This document shows, piece by piece, positions 24,101-36,100 of a DNA stretch of 64,000 nucleotides. Location of the stretch: NCBI GenBank assembly GCA_002269645.1, contig NIVC01001170.1, positions 1-64,000 of the forward strand, written 5' to 3'. The notes beneath the pieces were generated by a model. The model was not told the DNA's origin. It searched no databases and saw only the letters and a program-made list of their open reading frames with translations. The first letter of the stretch is position 1; the number at the start of each line of letters is the position of its first letter. Origin of the DNA: Macrostomum lignano (Eukaryota). The position numbers and the translations under genes are program-made.

Positions 24101-27100
24101 TCTTGACACCGTCGCCGAAATAGCCAGGCTTGCACTTGCATTGGAATCGGCCGCGACCAACATAAGCGCAGGCTCCGTGCTTGTGACAAGCCTTGCTGCA
24201 CTGCTGACCAGGGCGTTCTGGTTTGTTCGAATGTAAGTGAAATTTTAGCTCTGGTCCTTCGTATTTGCGGCACTATGCGATGCGTAAAGTGTAAGGTAAA
24301 ATTGAGGTGTAGGTACCACAAGGGTCTCTAAATTACACGACCAACCTACTTTCCTTGCAAGGGTTTCCAAGGATTTATATTTTACTTTACGGTCATGTTA
24401 AAGGAAAACAGGGTTGGTAACAAGGACACCCAAAATGACTCTTGACAGAGTCAAGAATCCAAGTGTCCAGTCATGTTCCTAAAGTGCCACTAGTGACTAT
24501 TCTTCTTCTAGTGACTACTCGCATTTCAACTCACTTCTGCACACGTATCCAGCCTTGCGCTTGCACGATTGGAAGCGCCACTTGCCGGACTCAAAGTAGG
24601 CGCACTTGCCCCTCGTCTTTCTAGCCGCCTTGGCGGCCCGACGTCTGGCGTACGAAGTCAACCGGCTGCCGTCTGAGAACACTGGCCGGCGGCTGCTCTT
24701 TGGGTGGATCAGGCCGAACCAGGTGGCGCCACCGGAGCGTCGCGATCTGCTGGCGCCAACCTCGCGCCTGATGGATGAGTGCGAGGTGTTGATTTTTTAA
24801 AGTTTGTGACTCTAAATTATCTGCAGTTTTTCAACCTGGTACGCAACAATCTGAAGGCTGCGTACGGCTGTTCAGTCCAAAGACTGGTGGGTCACAACAC
24901 ACTTTCAATTACCCCAGCTAATGCTGGTAGCAATTTTGCAGCTGGGTGAACTGAATCAATACAGAGTTAAGTGTTTTGCTCAAGGACACAAATTTGTTCC
25001 GAGTGGATGTAGAATTGAACCCCCGACCTTCAAGTCGGGAGTCAGACGCTCTAACCACTAGGCTACACCCCCTTATCACGTTAAGTGAGCTTTGAGCACA
25101 AGTGATAAAGCATCAACTCACAAGTATGCGCGCAGCTGACGGTTCTCCTTGCCGCTGGTGACGCTGGCCAGCTCGCCAGTAGCCAACTGGCAGGCTCTGT
25201 GGGCGCCGCGCCAAGAAGTGGCCGGGCTGGAGTAATAGCGAAGGCAGTAGCTGCCGGCCAGCCTCCAGCCGCGTGGGCACTCTGGATCAAGCGAGAATGG
25301 CAATCTCTGTCTGATCTGGCTTCTTTAGTCATAAGAATAAGATACTCGCACTCCTACGACTAATATTGATTATAACTTTATTTCATCAGGGGCATACTTA
25401 GGCGCATAACTCACCCTTGGCATTATTGGAGCACAATCTGCAGGTCAGGCCGCACTGCATAGTCATGCGCTTCGGGTACAACTGGCAGTAGCGCCTGGCC
25501 TTCCACTTCTGGCAAACAGCTGAACCGGCGGTGTCGCGACATGTTGGAACGCCTCTTCGGGCCACCTTGGAGCAGAAGCCGCAGGTGCGGGCGCATTTCT
25601 TTCCCATCGCCAAGGGAATCTTCTTGCACAGTCCGCTTTTACGAGCGTCGGAGCACTTTGAGCTGCGATTTCGGCATCTCGGACGCCGATTGCGGCTGAC
25701 CACAGCAACTTTCCTTGATTTCCTGCTGATCTTCCTGCGAGGCTTCCTGGACTTCCTTCTGTTCTTCCTGCGCGGCTTTCTGGACTTCCTATTCTTCCTG
25801 CGTGGCTTTCTGGACTTCCTGTTCTTCCTGCGTGGCTTTCTGGACTTCCTGTTCTTCCTGCGTGGCTTTCTGTACTTCCTGTTCTTTCTGCGTGGCTTCC
25901 TCGACTTCCTGTTCTTCCTGCGTGGCTTTCTGGACTTCCTGTTCTTTCTGCGTGGCTTTCTGGACTTCCTGTTCTTCCTGCGTGGCTTTCTGTACTTCCT
26001 GTTCTTTCTGCGTGGCTTCCTCGACTTCCTGTTCTTCCTGCGTGGCTTTCTGGACTTCCTGTTCTTTCTGCGTGGCTTTCTGGACTTCCTGTTCTTTCTG
26101 TGTGGCTTCCTCGACTTCCTGTTCTTCCTGCGTGGCTTTCTGGACTTCCTGTTCTTTCTGCGTGGCTTTCTGGACTTCCTGTTCTTTCTGTGTGGCTTCC
26201 TCGACTTCCTGTTCTTCCTGCGTGGCTTTCTGGACTTCCTGTTCTTCCTGCGTGGCTTTCTGGACTTCCTGTTCTTCCTGCGAGGCTTTCTGGACTTCCT
26301 GTTCTTTCTGCGTGGCTTCCTTGACTTCCTGTTTTTCCTGCGTGGCTTTCTAGACTTACTGTTCTTCCTGCGCGGCTTTCTGGACTTCCTTCTGTTCTTC
26401 CTGCGAGGCTTCCTCGACTTCCTGTTCTTCCTGCGTGGTTTTCTGGACTTCCTGTTCTTCCTGCGCGGCTTTCTGGACTTCCTGTTCTTCCTGCGTGGCT
26501 TTCTGGACTTCCTGTTCTTCCTGCGCGGCTTTCTGGACTTCCTTCTGTTCTTCCTGCGCGGCTTCCTCGACTTCCTATTCTTTCTGCGTGGCTTCCTCGA
26601 CTTCCTGTTCTTCCTGCGCGGCTTCCTCGACTTTTTGTTCTTCCTGCGTGGCTTTCTGGACTTCCTGTTCTTTCTGCGTGGCTTCCTCGACTTTCTGTTC
26701 TTCCTGCGAGGCTTCCTCGACTTCCTGTTCTTCCTGCGCGGCTTTCTGGACTTCCTATTCTTCCTGCGCGGCTTTCTGGACTTTCTTCTGTTCTTCCTGC
26801 GAGGCTTCCTCGACTTCCTGTTCTTCGTGCGTGGCTTTCTGGACTTCCTGTTCTTCCTGCGCGGCTTTCTGGACTTCCTTCTGTTCTTCCTGCGCGGCTT
26901 CCTCGACTTCCTGTTCTTCCTGCGCGGCTTCCTCGACTTCCTGTTCTTCGTGCGTGGCTTTCTGGACTTCCTGTTCTTTCTGCGTGGCTTTCTGGACTTC
27001 CTGTTCTTTCTGTGTGGCTTCCTCGACTTCCTGTTCTTCCTGCGAGGCTTTCTGGACTTCCTGTTCTTTCTGCGTGGCTTTCTGGACTTCCTGTTCTTTC

Positions 27101-30100
27101 TGTGTGGCTTCCTCGACTTCCTGTTCTTCCTGCGTGGCTTTCTGGACTTCCTGTTCTTCCTGCGTGGCTTTCTGGACTTCCTGTTCTTTCTGCGTGGCTT
27201 CCTCGACTTCCTGTTCTTCCTGCGTGGCTTTCTGGACTTCCTGTTCTTTCTGTGTGGCTTCCTCGACTTCCTGTTCTTCCTGCGTGGCTTTCTGGACTTC
27301 CTGTTCTTCCTGCGAGGCTTTCTGGACTTCCTGTTCTTTCTGCGTGGCTTCCTTGACTTCCTGTTCTTCCTGCGTGGCTTTCTGGACTTCCTGTTCTTCC
27401 TGCGAGGCTTTCTGGACTTCCTGTTCTTTCTGCGTGGCTTCCTTGACTTCCTGTTTTTCCTGCGTGGCTTTCTAGACTTACTGTTCTTCCTGCGCGGCTT
27501 TCTGGACTTCCTTCTGTTCTTCCTGCGAGGCTTCCTCGACTTCCTGTTCTTCCTGCGTGGTTTTCTGGACTTCCTGTTCTTCCTGCGCGGCTTTCTGGAC
27601 TTCCTGTTCTTCCTGCGCGGCTTTCTGGACTTCCTGTTCTTCCTGCGCGGCTTTCTGGACTTCCTTCTGTTCTTCCTGCGCGGCTTCCTCGACTTCCTAT
27701 TCTTCCTGCGTGGCTTTCTGGACTTCCTGTTCTTTCTGCGTCGCTTCCTCGACTTTCTGTTCTTCCTGCGAGGCTTCCTCGACTTCCTGTTCTTCCTGCG
27801 CGGCTTTCTGGACTTCCTATTCTTCCTGCGCGGCTTTCTGGACTTTCTTCTGTTCTTCCTGCGAGGCTTCCTCGACTTTCTGTTCTTCCTGCGTGGCTTT
27901 CTGGACTTCACCTTGCGTGGCTTACGACTGCGCTTCTTGCCAGAGGACTTGCGGCTGCGCTTCCTGTTCACTTTGCGTGACTTGCGGCTACGCTTTCTGT
28001 TCACCTTGCGTGACTTGCGGCTGCGCTTCTTGCCAGAGGACTTGCGGCTGCGCTTCCTGTTCACCTTGCGTGACTTGCGGCTGCGCTTCTTGCCAGAGGA
28101 CTTGCGGCTGCGCTTCCTGTTCACTTTGCGTGACTTGCGGCCACGCTTTCTGTTCACCTTGCGTGACTTGCGGCTGCGCTTCTTGCCAGAGGACTTGCGG
28201 CTGCGCTTCCTGTTCACCTTGCGTGACTTGCGGCTGCGCTTCTTGCCAGAGGACTTGCGGCTACGCTTCCTGTTCACTTTGCGTGACTTGCGGCCACGCT
28301 TCCTGTTCACCTTGCGTGACTTGCGGCCACGCTTCCTGTTCACCTTGCGTGTCTTGCGGCCACGCTTCCTGTTCACCTTGCGTGACTTGCGGCTGCGCTT
28401 CTTGCCAGAGGACTTGCGGCCACGCTTTCTGTTCACCTTGCGTGACTTGCGGCTGCGCTTCTTGCCAGAGGACTTGCGGCTACGCTTCCTGTTCACCTTG
28501 CGTGACTTGCGGCTACGCTTCTTGCCAGAGGACTTGCGGCTGCGCTTCCTGTTCACCTTGCGTGACTTGCGGCTGCGCTTCTTGCCAGAGGACTTGCGGC
28601 TGCGCTTCCTGTTCACTTTGCGTGACTTGCGGCCACGCTTCCTGTTCACCTTGCGTGACTTGCGGCCACGCTTCCTGTTCACCTTGCGTGACTTGCGGCC
28701 ACGCTTTCTGTTCACTTTGCGTGACTTGCGGCTGCGCTTCTTGCCAGAGGACTTGCGGCTGCGCTTCCTGTTCACTTTGCGTGACTTGCGGCTGCGCTTC
28801 TTGCCAGAGGACTTGCGGCTGCGCTTCCTGTTCACTTTGCGTGACTTGCGGCCACGCTTTCTGTTCACCTTGCGTGACTTGCGGCTGCGCTTCTTGCCAG
28901 AGGACTTGCGGCTACGCTTCCTGTTCACCTTGCGTGACTTGCGGCTGCGCTTCTTGCCAGAGGACTTGCGGCTGCGCTTTCTGTTCACCTTGCGTGACTT
29001 GCGGCCACGCTTTCTGTTCACCTTGCGTGACTTGCGGCTGCGCTTCTTGCCAGAGGACTTGCGGCTGCGCTTCCTGTTCACCTTGCGTGACTTGCGGCTG
29101 CGCTTCTTGCCAGAGGACTTGCGGCCACGCTCCCTGTCCACCTTGCGTGACTTGCGGCTGCGCTTCTTGCCGGAGGACTTGCGGCCACGCTTCCTGTTCA
29201 CCTTGCGTGACTTGCGGCTGCGCTTCTTGCCAGAGGACTTGCGGCTACGCTTCCTGTTCACCTTGCGTGACTTGCGGCTGCGCTTCTTGCCAGAGGACTT
29301 GCGGCTGCGCTTCTTGCCAGAGGACTTGCGGCTGCGCTTCCTGTTCACCTTGCGTGACTTGCGGCTGCGCTTCTTGCCAGAGGACTTGCGGCTGCGCTTC
29401 CTGTTCACCTTGCGTGACTTGCGGCTGTGCTTCTTGCCAGAGGACTTGCGGCTGCGCTTTCTGTTCACCTTGCGTGACTTGCGGCTGCGCTTCTTGCCAG
29501 AGGACTTGCGGCTGCGCTTCCTGTTCACTTTGCGTGACTTGCGGCCACGCTTCCTGTTCACCTTGCGTGACTTGCGGCCACGCTTCCTGTTCACCTTGCG
29601 TGACTTGCGGCTGCGCTTCTTGCCAGAGGACTTGCGGCTGCGCTTTCTGTTCACTTTGCGTGACTTGCGGCCACGCTTTCTGTTCACCTTGCGTGACTTG
29701 CGGCTGCGCTTCTTGCCAGAGGACTTGCGGCTACGCTTTCTGTTCACCTTGCGTGACTTGCGGCCACGCTTCCTGTTCACCTTGCGTGACTTGCGGCTGC
29801 GCTTCTTGCCAGAGGACTTGCGGCTGCGCTTCCTGTTCACCTTGCGTGACTTGCGGCTGCGCTTTTTGCCAGAGGACTTGCGGCTGCGCTTCCTGTTCAC
29901 CTTGCGTGACTTGCGGCCACGCTTTCTGTTCACCTTGCGTGACTTGCGGCTGCGCTTCTTGCCAGAGGACTTGCGGCTACGCTTTCTGTTCACCTTGCGT
30001 GACTTGCGGCTGCGCTTCTTGCCAGAGGACTTGCGGCTGCGCTTCCTGTTCACTTTGCGTGACTTGCGGCCACGCTTCCTGTTCACTTTGCGTGACTTGC

Positions 30101-33100
30101 GGCTGCGCTTCCTGTTCACTTTGCGTGACTTGCGGCTGCGCTTCTTGCCAGAGGACTTGCGGCTGCGCTTCCTGTTCACTTTGCGTGACTTGCGGCCACG
30201 CTTCCTGTTCACTTTGCGTGACTTGCGGCTGCGCTTCCTGTTCACTTTGCGTGACTTGCGGCTGCGCTTCTTGCCAGAGGACTTGCGGCTGCGCTTCCTG
30301 TTCACTTTGCGTGACTTGCGGCTGCGCTTCCTGTTCACTTTGCGTGACTTGCGGCCACGCTTTCTGTTCACCTTGCGTGACTTGCGGCTGCGCTTCTTGC
30401 CAGAGGACTTGCGGCTACGCTTTCTGTTCACCTTGCGTGACTTGCGGCCACGCTTCCTGTTCACTTTGCGTGACTTGCGGCTGCGCTTCTTGCCAGAGGA
30501 CTTGCGGCTACGCTTCCTGTTCACCTTGCGTGACTTGCGGCTGCGCTTCTTGCCAGAGGACTTGCGGCTACGCTTCCTGTTCACCTTGCGTGACTTGCGG
30601 CTGCGCTTCTTGCCAGAGGACTTGCGGCTGCGCTTCCTGTTCACTTTGCGTGACTTGCGGCCACGCTTCCTGTTCACCTTGCGTGACTTGCGGCTGCGCT
30701 TCTTGCCAGAGGACTTGCGGCTGCGCTTCTTGCCAGAGGACTTGCGGCTGCGCTTCCTGTTCACCTTGCGTGACTTGCGGCTGCGCTTCTTGCCAGAGGA
30801 CTTGCGGCTGCGCTTCCTGTTCACCTTGCGTGACTTGCGGCCACGCTTCCTGTTCACCTTGCGTGACTTGCGGCTGCGCTTCTTGCCAGAGGACTTGCGG
30901 CTGCGCTTCCTGTTCACCTTGCGTGACTTGCGGCTGCGCTTCTTGCCAGAGGACTTGCGGCTGCGCTTCCTGTTCACCTTGCGTGACTTGCGGCTGCGCT
31001 TCTTGCCAGAGGACTTGCGGCTGCGCTTCCTGTTCACCTTGCGTGATTTGCGGCTGCGCTTCTTGCCAGAGGACTTGCGGCTGCGCTTCCTGTTCACCTT
31101 GCGTGACTTGCGGCCACGCTTTCTGTTCACCTTGCGTGACTTGCGGCTGCGCTTCTTGCCAGAGGACTTGCGGCTACGCTTTCTGTTCACCTTGCGTGAC
31201 TTGCGGCTGCGCTTCTTGCCAGAGGACTTGCGGCTGCGCTTTCTGTTCACCTTGCGTGACTTGCGGCTGCGCTTCTTGCCAGAGGACTTGCGGCTGCGCT
31301 TCCTGTTCACTTTGCGTGACTTGCGGCCACGCTTCCTGTTTACCTTGCGTGACTTGCGGCTGCGCTTCCTGTTCACCTTGCGTGACTTGCGGCTGCGCTT
31401 CTTGCCAGAGGACTTGCGGCTGCGCTTCCTGTTCACTTTGCGTGACTTGCGGCCACGCTTCCTGTTCACCTTGCGTGACTTGCGGCTGCGCTTCTTGCCA
31501 GAGGACTTGCGGCTGCGCTTCCTGTTCACTTTGCGTGACTTGCGGCTGCGCTTCTTGCCAGAGGACTTGCGGCTGCGCTTCCTGTTCACTTTGCGTGACT
31601 TGCGGCTGCGCTTCTTGCCAGAGGACTTGCGGCTGCGCTTCCTGTTCACTTTGCGTGACTTGCGGCCACGCTTCCTGTTCACCTTGCGTGACTTGCGGCT
31701 GCGCTTCTTGCCAGAGGACTTGCGGCTACGCTTCCTGTTCACCTTGCGTGACTTGCGGCTGCGCTTCTTGCCAGAGGACTTGCGGCTGCGCTTCCTGTTC
31801 ACTTTGCGTGACTTGCGGCCACGCTTCCTGTTCACCTTGCGTGACTTGCGGCCACGCTTCCTGTTCACTTTGCGTGACTTGCGGCCACGCTTTCTGTTCA
31901 CTTTGCGTGACTTGCGGCTGCGCTTCTTGCCAGAGGACTTGCGGCTGCGCTTCCTGTTCACTTTGCGTGACTTGCGGCTGCGCTTCTTGCCAGAGGACTT
32001 GCGGCTGCGCTTCCTGTTCACTTTGCGTGACTTGCGGCCACGCTTCCTGTTCACCTTGCGTGACTTGCGGCTGCGCTTCTTGCCAGAGGACTTGCGGCTA
32101 CGCTTCCTGTTCACCTTGCGTGACTTGCGGCTGCGCTTCTTGCCAGAGGACTTGCGGCTGCGCTTCCTGTTCACTTTGCGTGACTTGCGGCCACGCTTCC
32201 TGTTCACCTTGCGTGACTTGCGGCCACGCTTCCTGTTCACCTTGCGTGACTTGCGGCTGCGCTTCTTGCCAGAGGACTTGCGGCCACGCTTCCTGTTCAC
32301 CTTGCGTGACTTGCGGCCACGCTTCCTGTTCACCTTGCGTGACTTGCGGCTGCGCTTCTTGCCAGAGGACTTGCGGCTGCGCTTCTTGCCAGAGGACTTG
32401 CGGCTGCGCTTCCTGTTCACCTTGCGTGACTTGCGGCTGCGCTTCTTGCCAGAGGACTTGCGGCTGCGCTTCCTGTTCACCTTGCGTGACTTGCGGCTGC
32501 GCTTCTTGCCAGAGGACTTGCGGCTGCGCTTCCTGTTCACTTTGCGTGACTTGCGGCCACGCTTCCTGTTCACCTTGCGTGACTTGCGGCTGCGCTTCTT
32601 GCCAGAGGACTTGCGGCTACGCTTTCTGTTCACCTTGCGTGACTTGCGGCTGCGCTTTTTGCCAGAGGACTTGCGGCTGCGCTTCCTGTTCACCTTGCGT
32701 GACTTGCGGCTGCGCTTCTTGCCAGAGGACTTGCGGCTGCGCTTCCTGTTCACTTTGCGTGACTTGCGGCCACGCTTCCTGTTCACCTTGCGTGACTTGC
32801 GGCTGCGCTTCTTGCCAGAGGACTTGCGGCTGCGCTTCCTGTTCACCTTGCGTGACTTGCGGCTGCGCTTCTTGCCAGAGGACTTGCGGCTGCGCTTCCT
32901 GTTCACTTTGCGTGACTTGCGGCCACGCTTCCTGTTCACCTTGCGTGACTTGCGGCTGCGCTTCTTGCCAGAGGACTTGCGGCTGCGCTTCCTGTTCACC
33001 TTGCGTGACTTGCGGCTGCGCTTCTTGCCAGAGGACTTGCGGCTGCGCTTCCTGTTCACTTTGCGTGACTTGCGGCCACGCTTCCTGTTCACCTTGCGTG

Positions 33101-36100
33101 ACTTGCGGCTGCGCTTCTTGCCAGAGGACTTGCGGCTGCGCTTCCTGTTCACTTTGCGTGACTTGCGGCTGCGCTTCTTGCCAGAGGACTTGCGGCTGCG
33201 CTTCCTGTTCACTTTGCGTGATTTGCGGCCACGCTTCCTGTTCACCTTGCGTGACTTGCGGCTGCGCTTCTTGCCAGAGGACTTGCGGCTGCGCTTCCTG
33301 TTCACTTTGCGTGACTTGCGGCCACGCTTCCTGTTCACCTTGCGTGACTTGCGGCTGCGCTTCTTGCCAGAGGACTTGCGGCTACGCTTTCTGTTCACCT
33401 TGCGTGACTTGCGGCTACGCTTCTTGCCAGAGGACTTGAGGCTACGCTTCCTGTTTACCTTGCGTGACTTGCGGCTGCGCTTCTTGCCAGAGGACTTGCG
33501 GCTACGCTTCCTGTTCACCCTTCGTGACTTGCGGCCGCGCCTACTGCTAGAAGACTTTCTTGAGGACATGCGGCTGCGCCTTCTGCCAGAGGACTTTTTC
33601 GAGGACATGCGGCTGCGCCTTCTGTCAGAGGACTTTCTCGAGGACATTCGGCTGCGCCTTCTGCCCGAGGACTTGCTGGAACTGTGGCTACGCTGCTGTC
33701 GGGCGCTGCTCGAGCGGTCGTTTCTCTCACCTGAAAGTGTTGTTTGTTTTACGTCATAGCAATATCTCTAAAGGAAATTACGAGTAGACGGATTGAAAGT
33801 GATTGGGAAAACTTACCGGTTGTTATGTCGTAGCCGTCCTCGTCAATGATGGTTGTCTCATCGATAATCTCAGTGATTAACTCGTCAGCGTCATCTGGAA
33901 AAAAGTTTTTACAGAGCTTCCTGCTGAGGCCGTCGTTTATGCATTTGAGTGGGACATTTTCGAGGTATTCATAAATCCTAATTGAAGTATTCTCAAATGC
34001 AACTAGCTAATTACCGTCTCTGCTGCGACTGCTGCCAGATCTTCTTGAGCTGGAACCGGATGACGCTGAAAGATCGGCAATTTTAAGGTATTTTTGATTA
34101 AACAAATGCAGTTAAAATGGAAACAAAAGTTCGTGTAGTGGATTAGCTTGCACAGCTTTAAGACAATTTCTAGGGAGGATGAGATGAGATGAAATGAGAA
34201 CTGGGAGTTTCATTAATTAGGAAGCAGCCAAGCTTACAATGTCCAGAGCCGGACGAGTCCTCCACAACAGTCCAGGTGGTCCATTCTCCACTGTTGGTGG
34301 AGCCACCTGAATGGTTTGAAGAGTTCGTTACAGGGCGGGGATTAGTGCAGTCTTAATTTAGCCAACGACATATCTACAGATACTATTCGAATAGCTTAGC
34401 AATTTTCACTCACTTGTCCCAGACTGACTGTCGCTGGTGCTATCGGATCTCCTTCTGGAGCCCGACGAGGCTGAAAGAATTTAGCAGTAATTTTCGAGAG
34501 ATTGTAATATAGAATAAATTGTGAGATCAGAGCCGAGAGTATAATGCACTAGATGTAGAATGTAGAGCCTACTGAGTCCATCAGAGTCCTCTTGTCAAAA
34601 GATGATGTCCAAAGAGATTAGTATATCAGCGCTTAGTGAGACTAGACGATAGTCTAAAGAGACTGGATCTCAGTGTATAGTGGAGACTAGATAGTCTAAA
34701 GAGACTGGATCTCAATAGTGAGACTAGATGATAGTCTAGATAGATTGGATCGCAGTCTTCAGAAGCCCGTGTATATAACTCTGAGAGAACAAGGAATATC
34801 ATAAGATGAGAAACTAATTTAAGAAATTGAACGCAAATCTTACACTGTCCAGAGCTGGACGAGTCCTCCACAACAGTCCAGGTGGTCCATTCTCCACTGC
34901 TGGAGGAGCCTGAGGTGCGGATGATTATCAGTTGGTTTTCTTACAGTTTCAATGTTAAATCATAATTATAAATCGGGTTATTCGTGCACACTTATTGGAC
35001 TAACCCTCACTGCTGCCGCCGCCAGACCTCTTTCTGGAGCTGCCGGAGCTGGATGACGCTAAAATCATTGTGAGATGGTCAGTTGCTAAATTCGGTTGTC
35101 AACTGTAAATGGAATACTGAAGACTGAGGACTAAGGGAAGGTATTGGAATCAGGGAAAGCATAGGAATCAGGGGAATCAGGGGAATCAGGGGGAAGCAAA
35201 GGAAGCAGGGAAAGCAGGGGAATCAGGGGGAAGCAAAGGAAGCAGGGAAGCAGGGGAAGCAGGAAAAGCAAGGGAAGCAGGGGAATCAGGGGAAGCAGGG
35301 GAAGCAGGAAAAGCAAGGGAAGCAGGGGAATCAGGGGAATCAGGGGAATCAAGGGAATCAGGGGAAGCAGGAAAAGCAAGGGAAGCAGGGGAATCAGGGG
35401 AATCGGGGGAATCAGGGGAATCAGGGGAAGCAGGGGAAGCAGGGGGAGCATGGGAATCAGGGGAAGCAGGGGAAGCAGGGGGAGCATGGGAAGCAGGGAC
35501 TCAGGGGAATCAGGGGAAGCAGGGGAAGCAGGGGAAGCAGGGGAAGCAGGGGAAGCAGGGGGAGCATGGGAAGCAGGGGACTCAGGGGAAGCAGGGGAAG
35601 CAGGGTGAGCATGGGAAGCAGGGGACTCAGGGGAATCAGGGGAATCAGGGAAAGCAGGAAAAGCAAGGGAAGCAGGGGAATCGGGGAATCAGGGGAATCA
35701 GGGGAAGCAGGGGAAGCAGGGGGAGCATGGGAAGCAGGGGACTCAGGGGAATCAGGGTAAGCAGGAGAAGTGATACATGTAGAGGATTTAGCAAAAACAA
35801 AGGCCAAGCAGCAACTTACAGCTGGAGTCGCCACCAGACGTGTCCACAACCCACTCGGTCCACGAAGTGGACACCACGGATTGGACGTCGTCACCTGATG
35901 ATTATCGCACAGAGGATTTAGTATATTAGCAATCTATACAGTTGATTTGTTGATTTTCGAACAGTCTTCATATTTATTTACCCGACTTCGCGTCTCCGGA
36001 GCTCGTGCTCCACTCAGTCCACTCGCCCCATACGGTCTCTAGAAACAAGAAAGTATTGGTCAGGAGTACATACATGTACGGTGGAGTGAGCGCTTGGCAC

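Noticed and set aside
25398-33647. Protamine or sperm nuclear basic protein interpretation of the KR ORF
   Set aside because: The ORF splices to a signal peptide and to extracellular disulfide domains.
25531-33759. 2,742-aa and 1,960-aa + strand ORFs (FLDFL.., CASC..)
   Set aside because: They are antisense shadows of the stop-free KR-A repeat. The minus frame has the splice sites, signal peptide and domains.
35131-35894. Pro/Leu-rich ORFs
   Set aside because: They are translations of the 9-bp intronic satellite.
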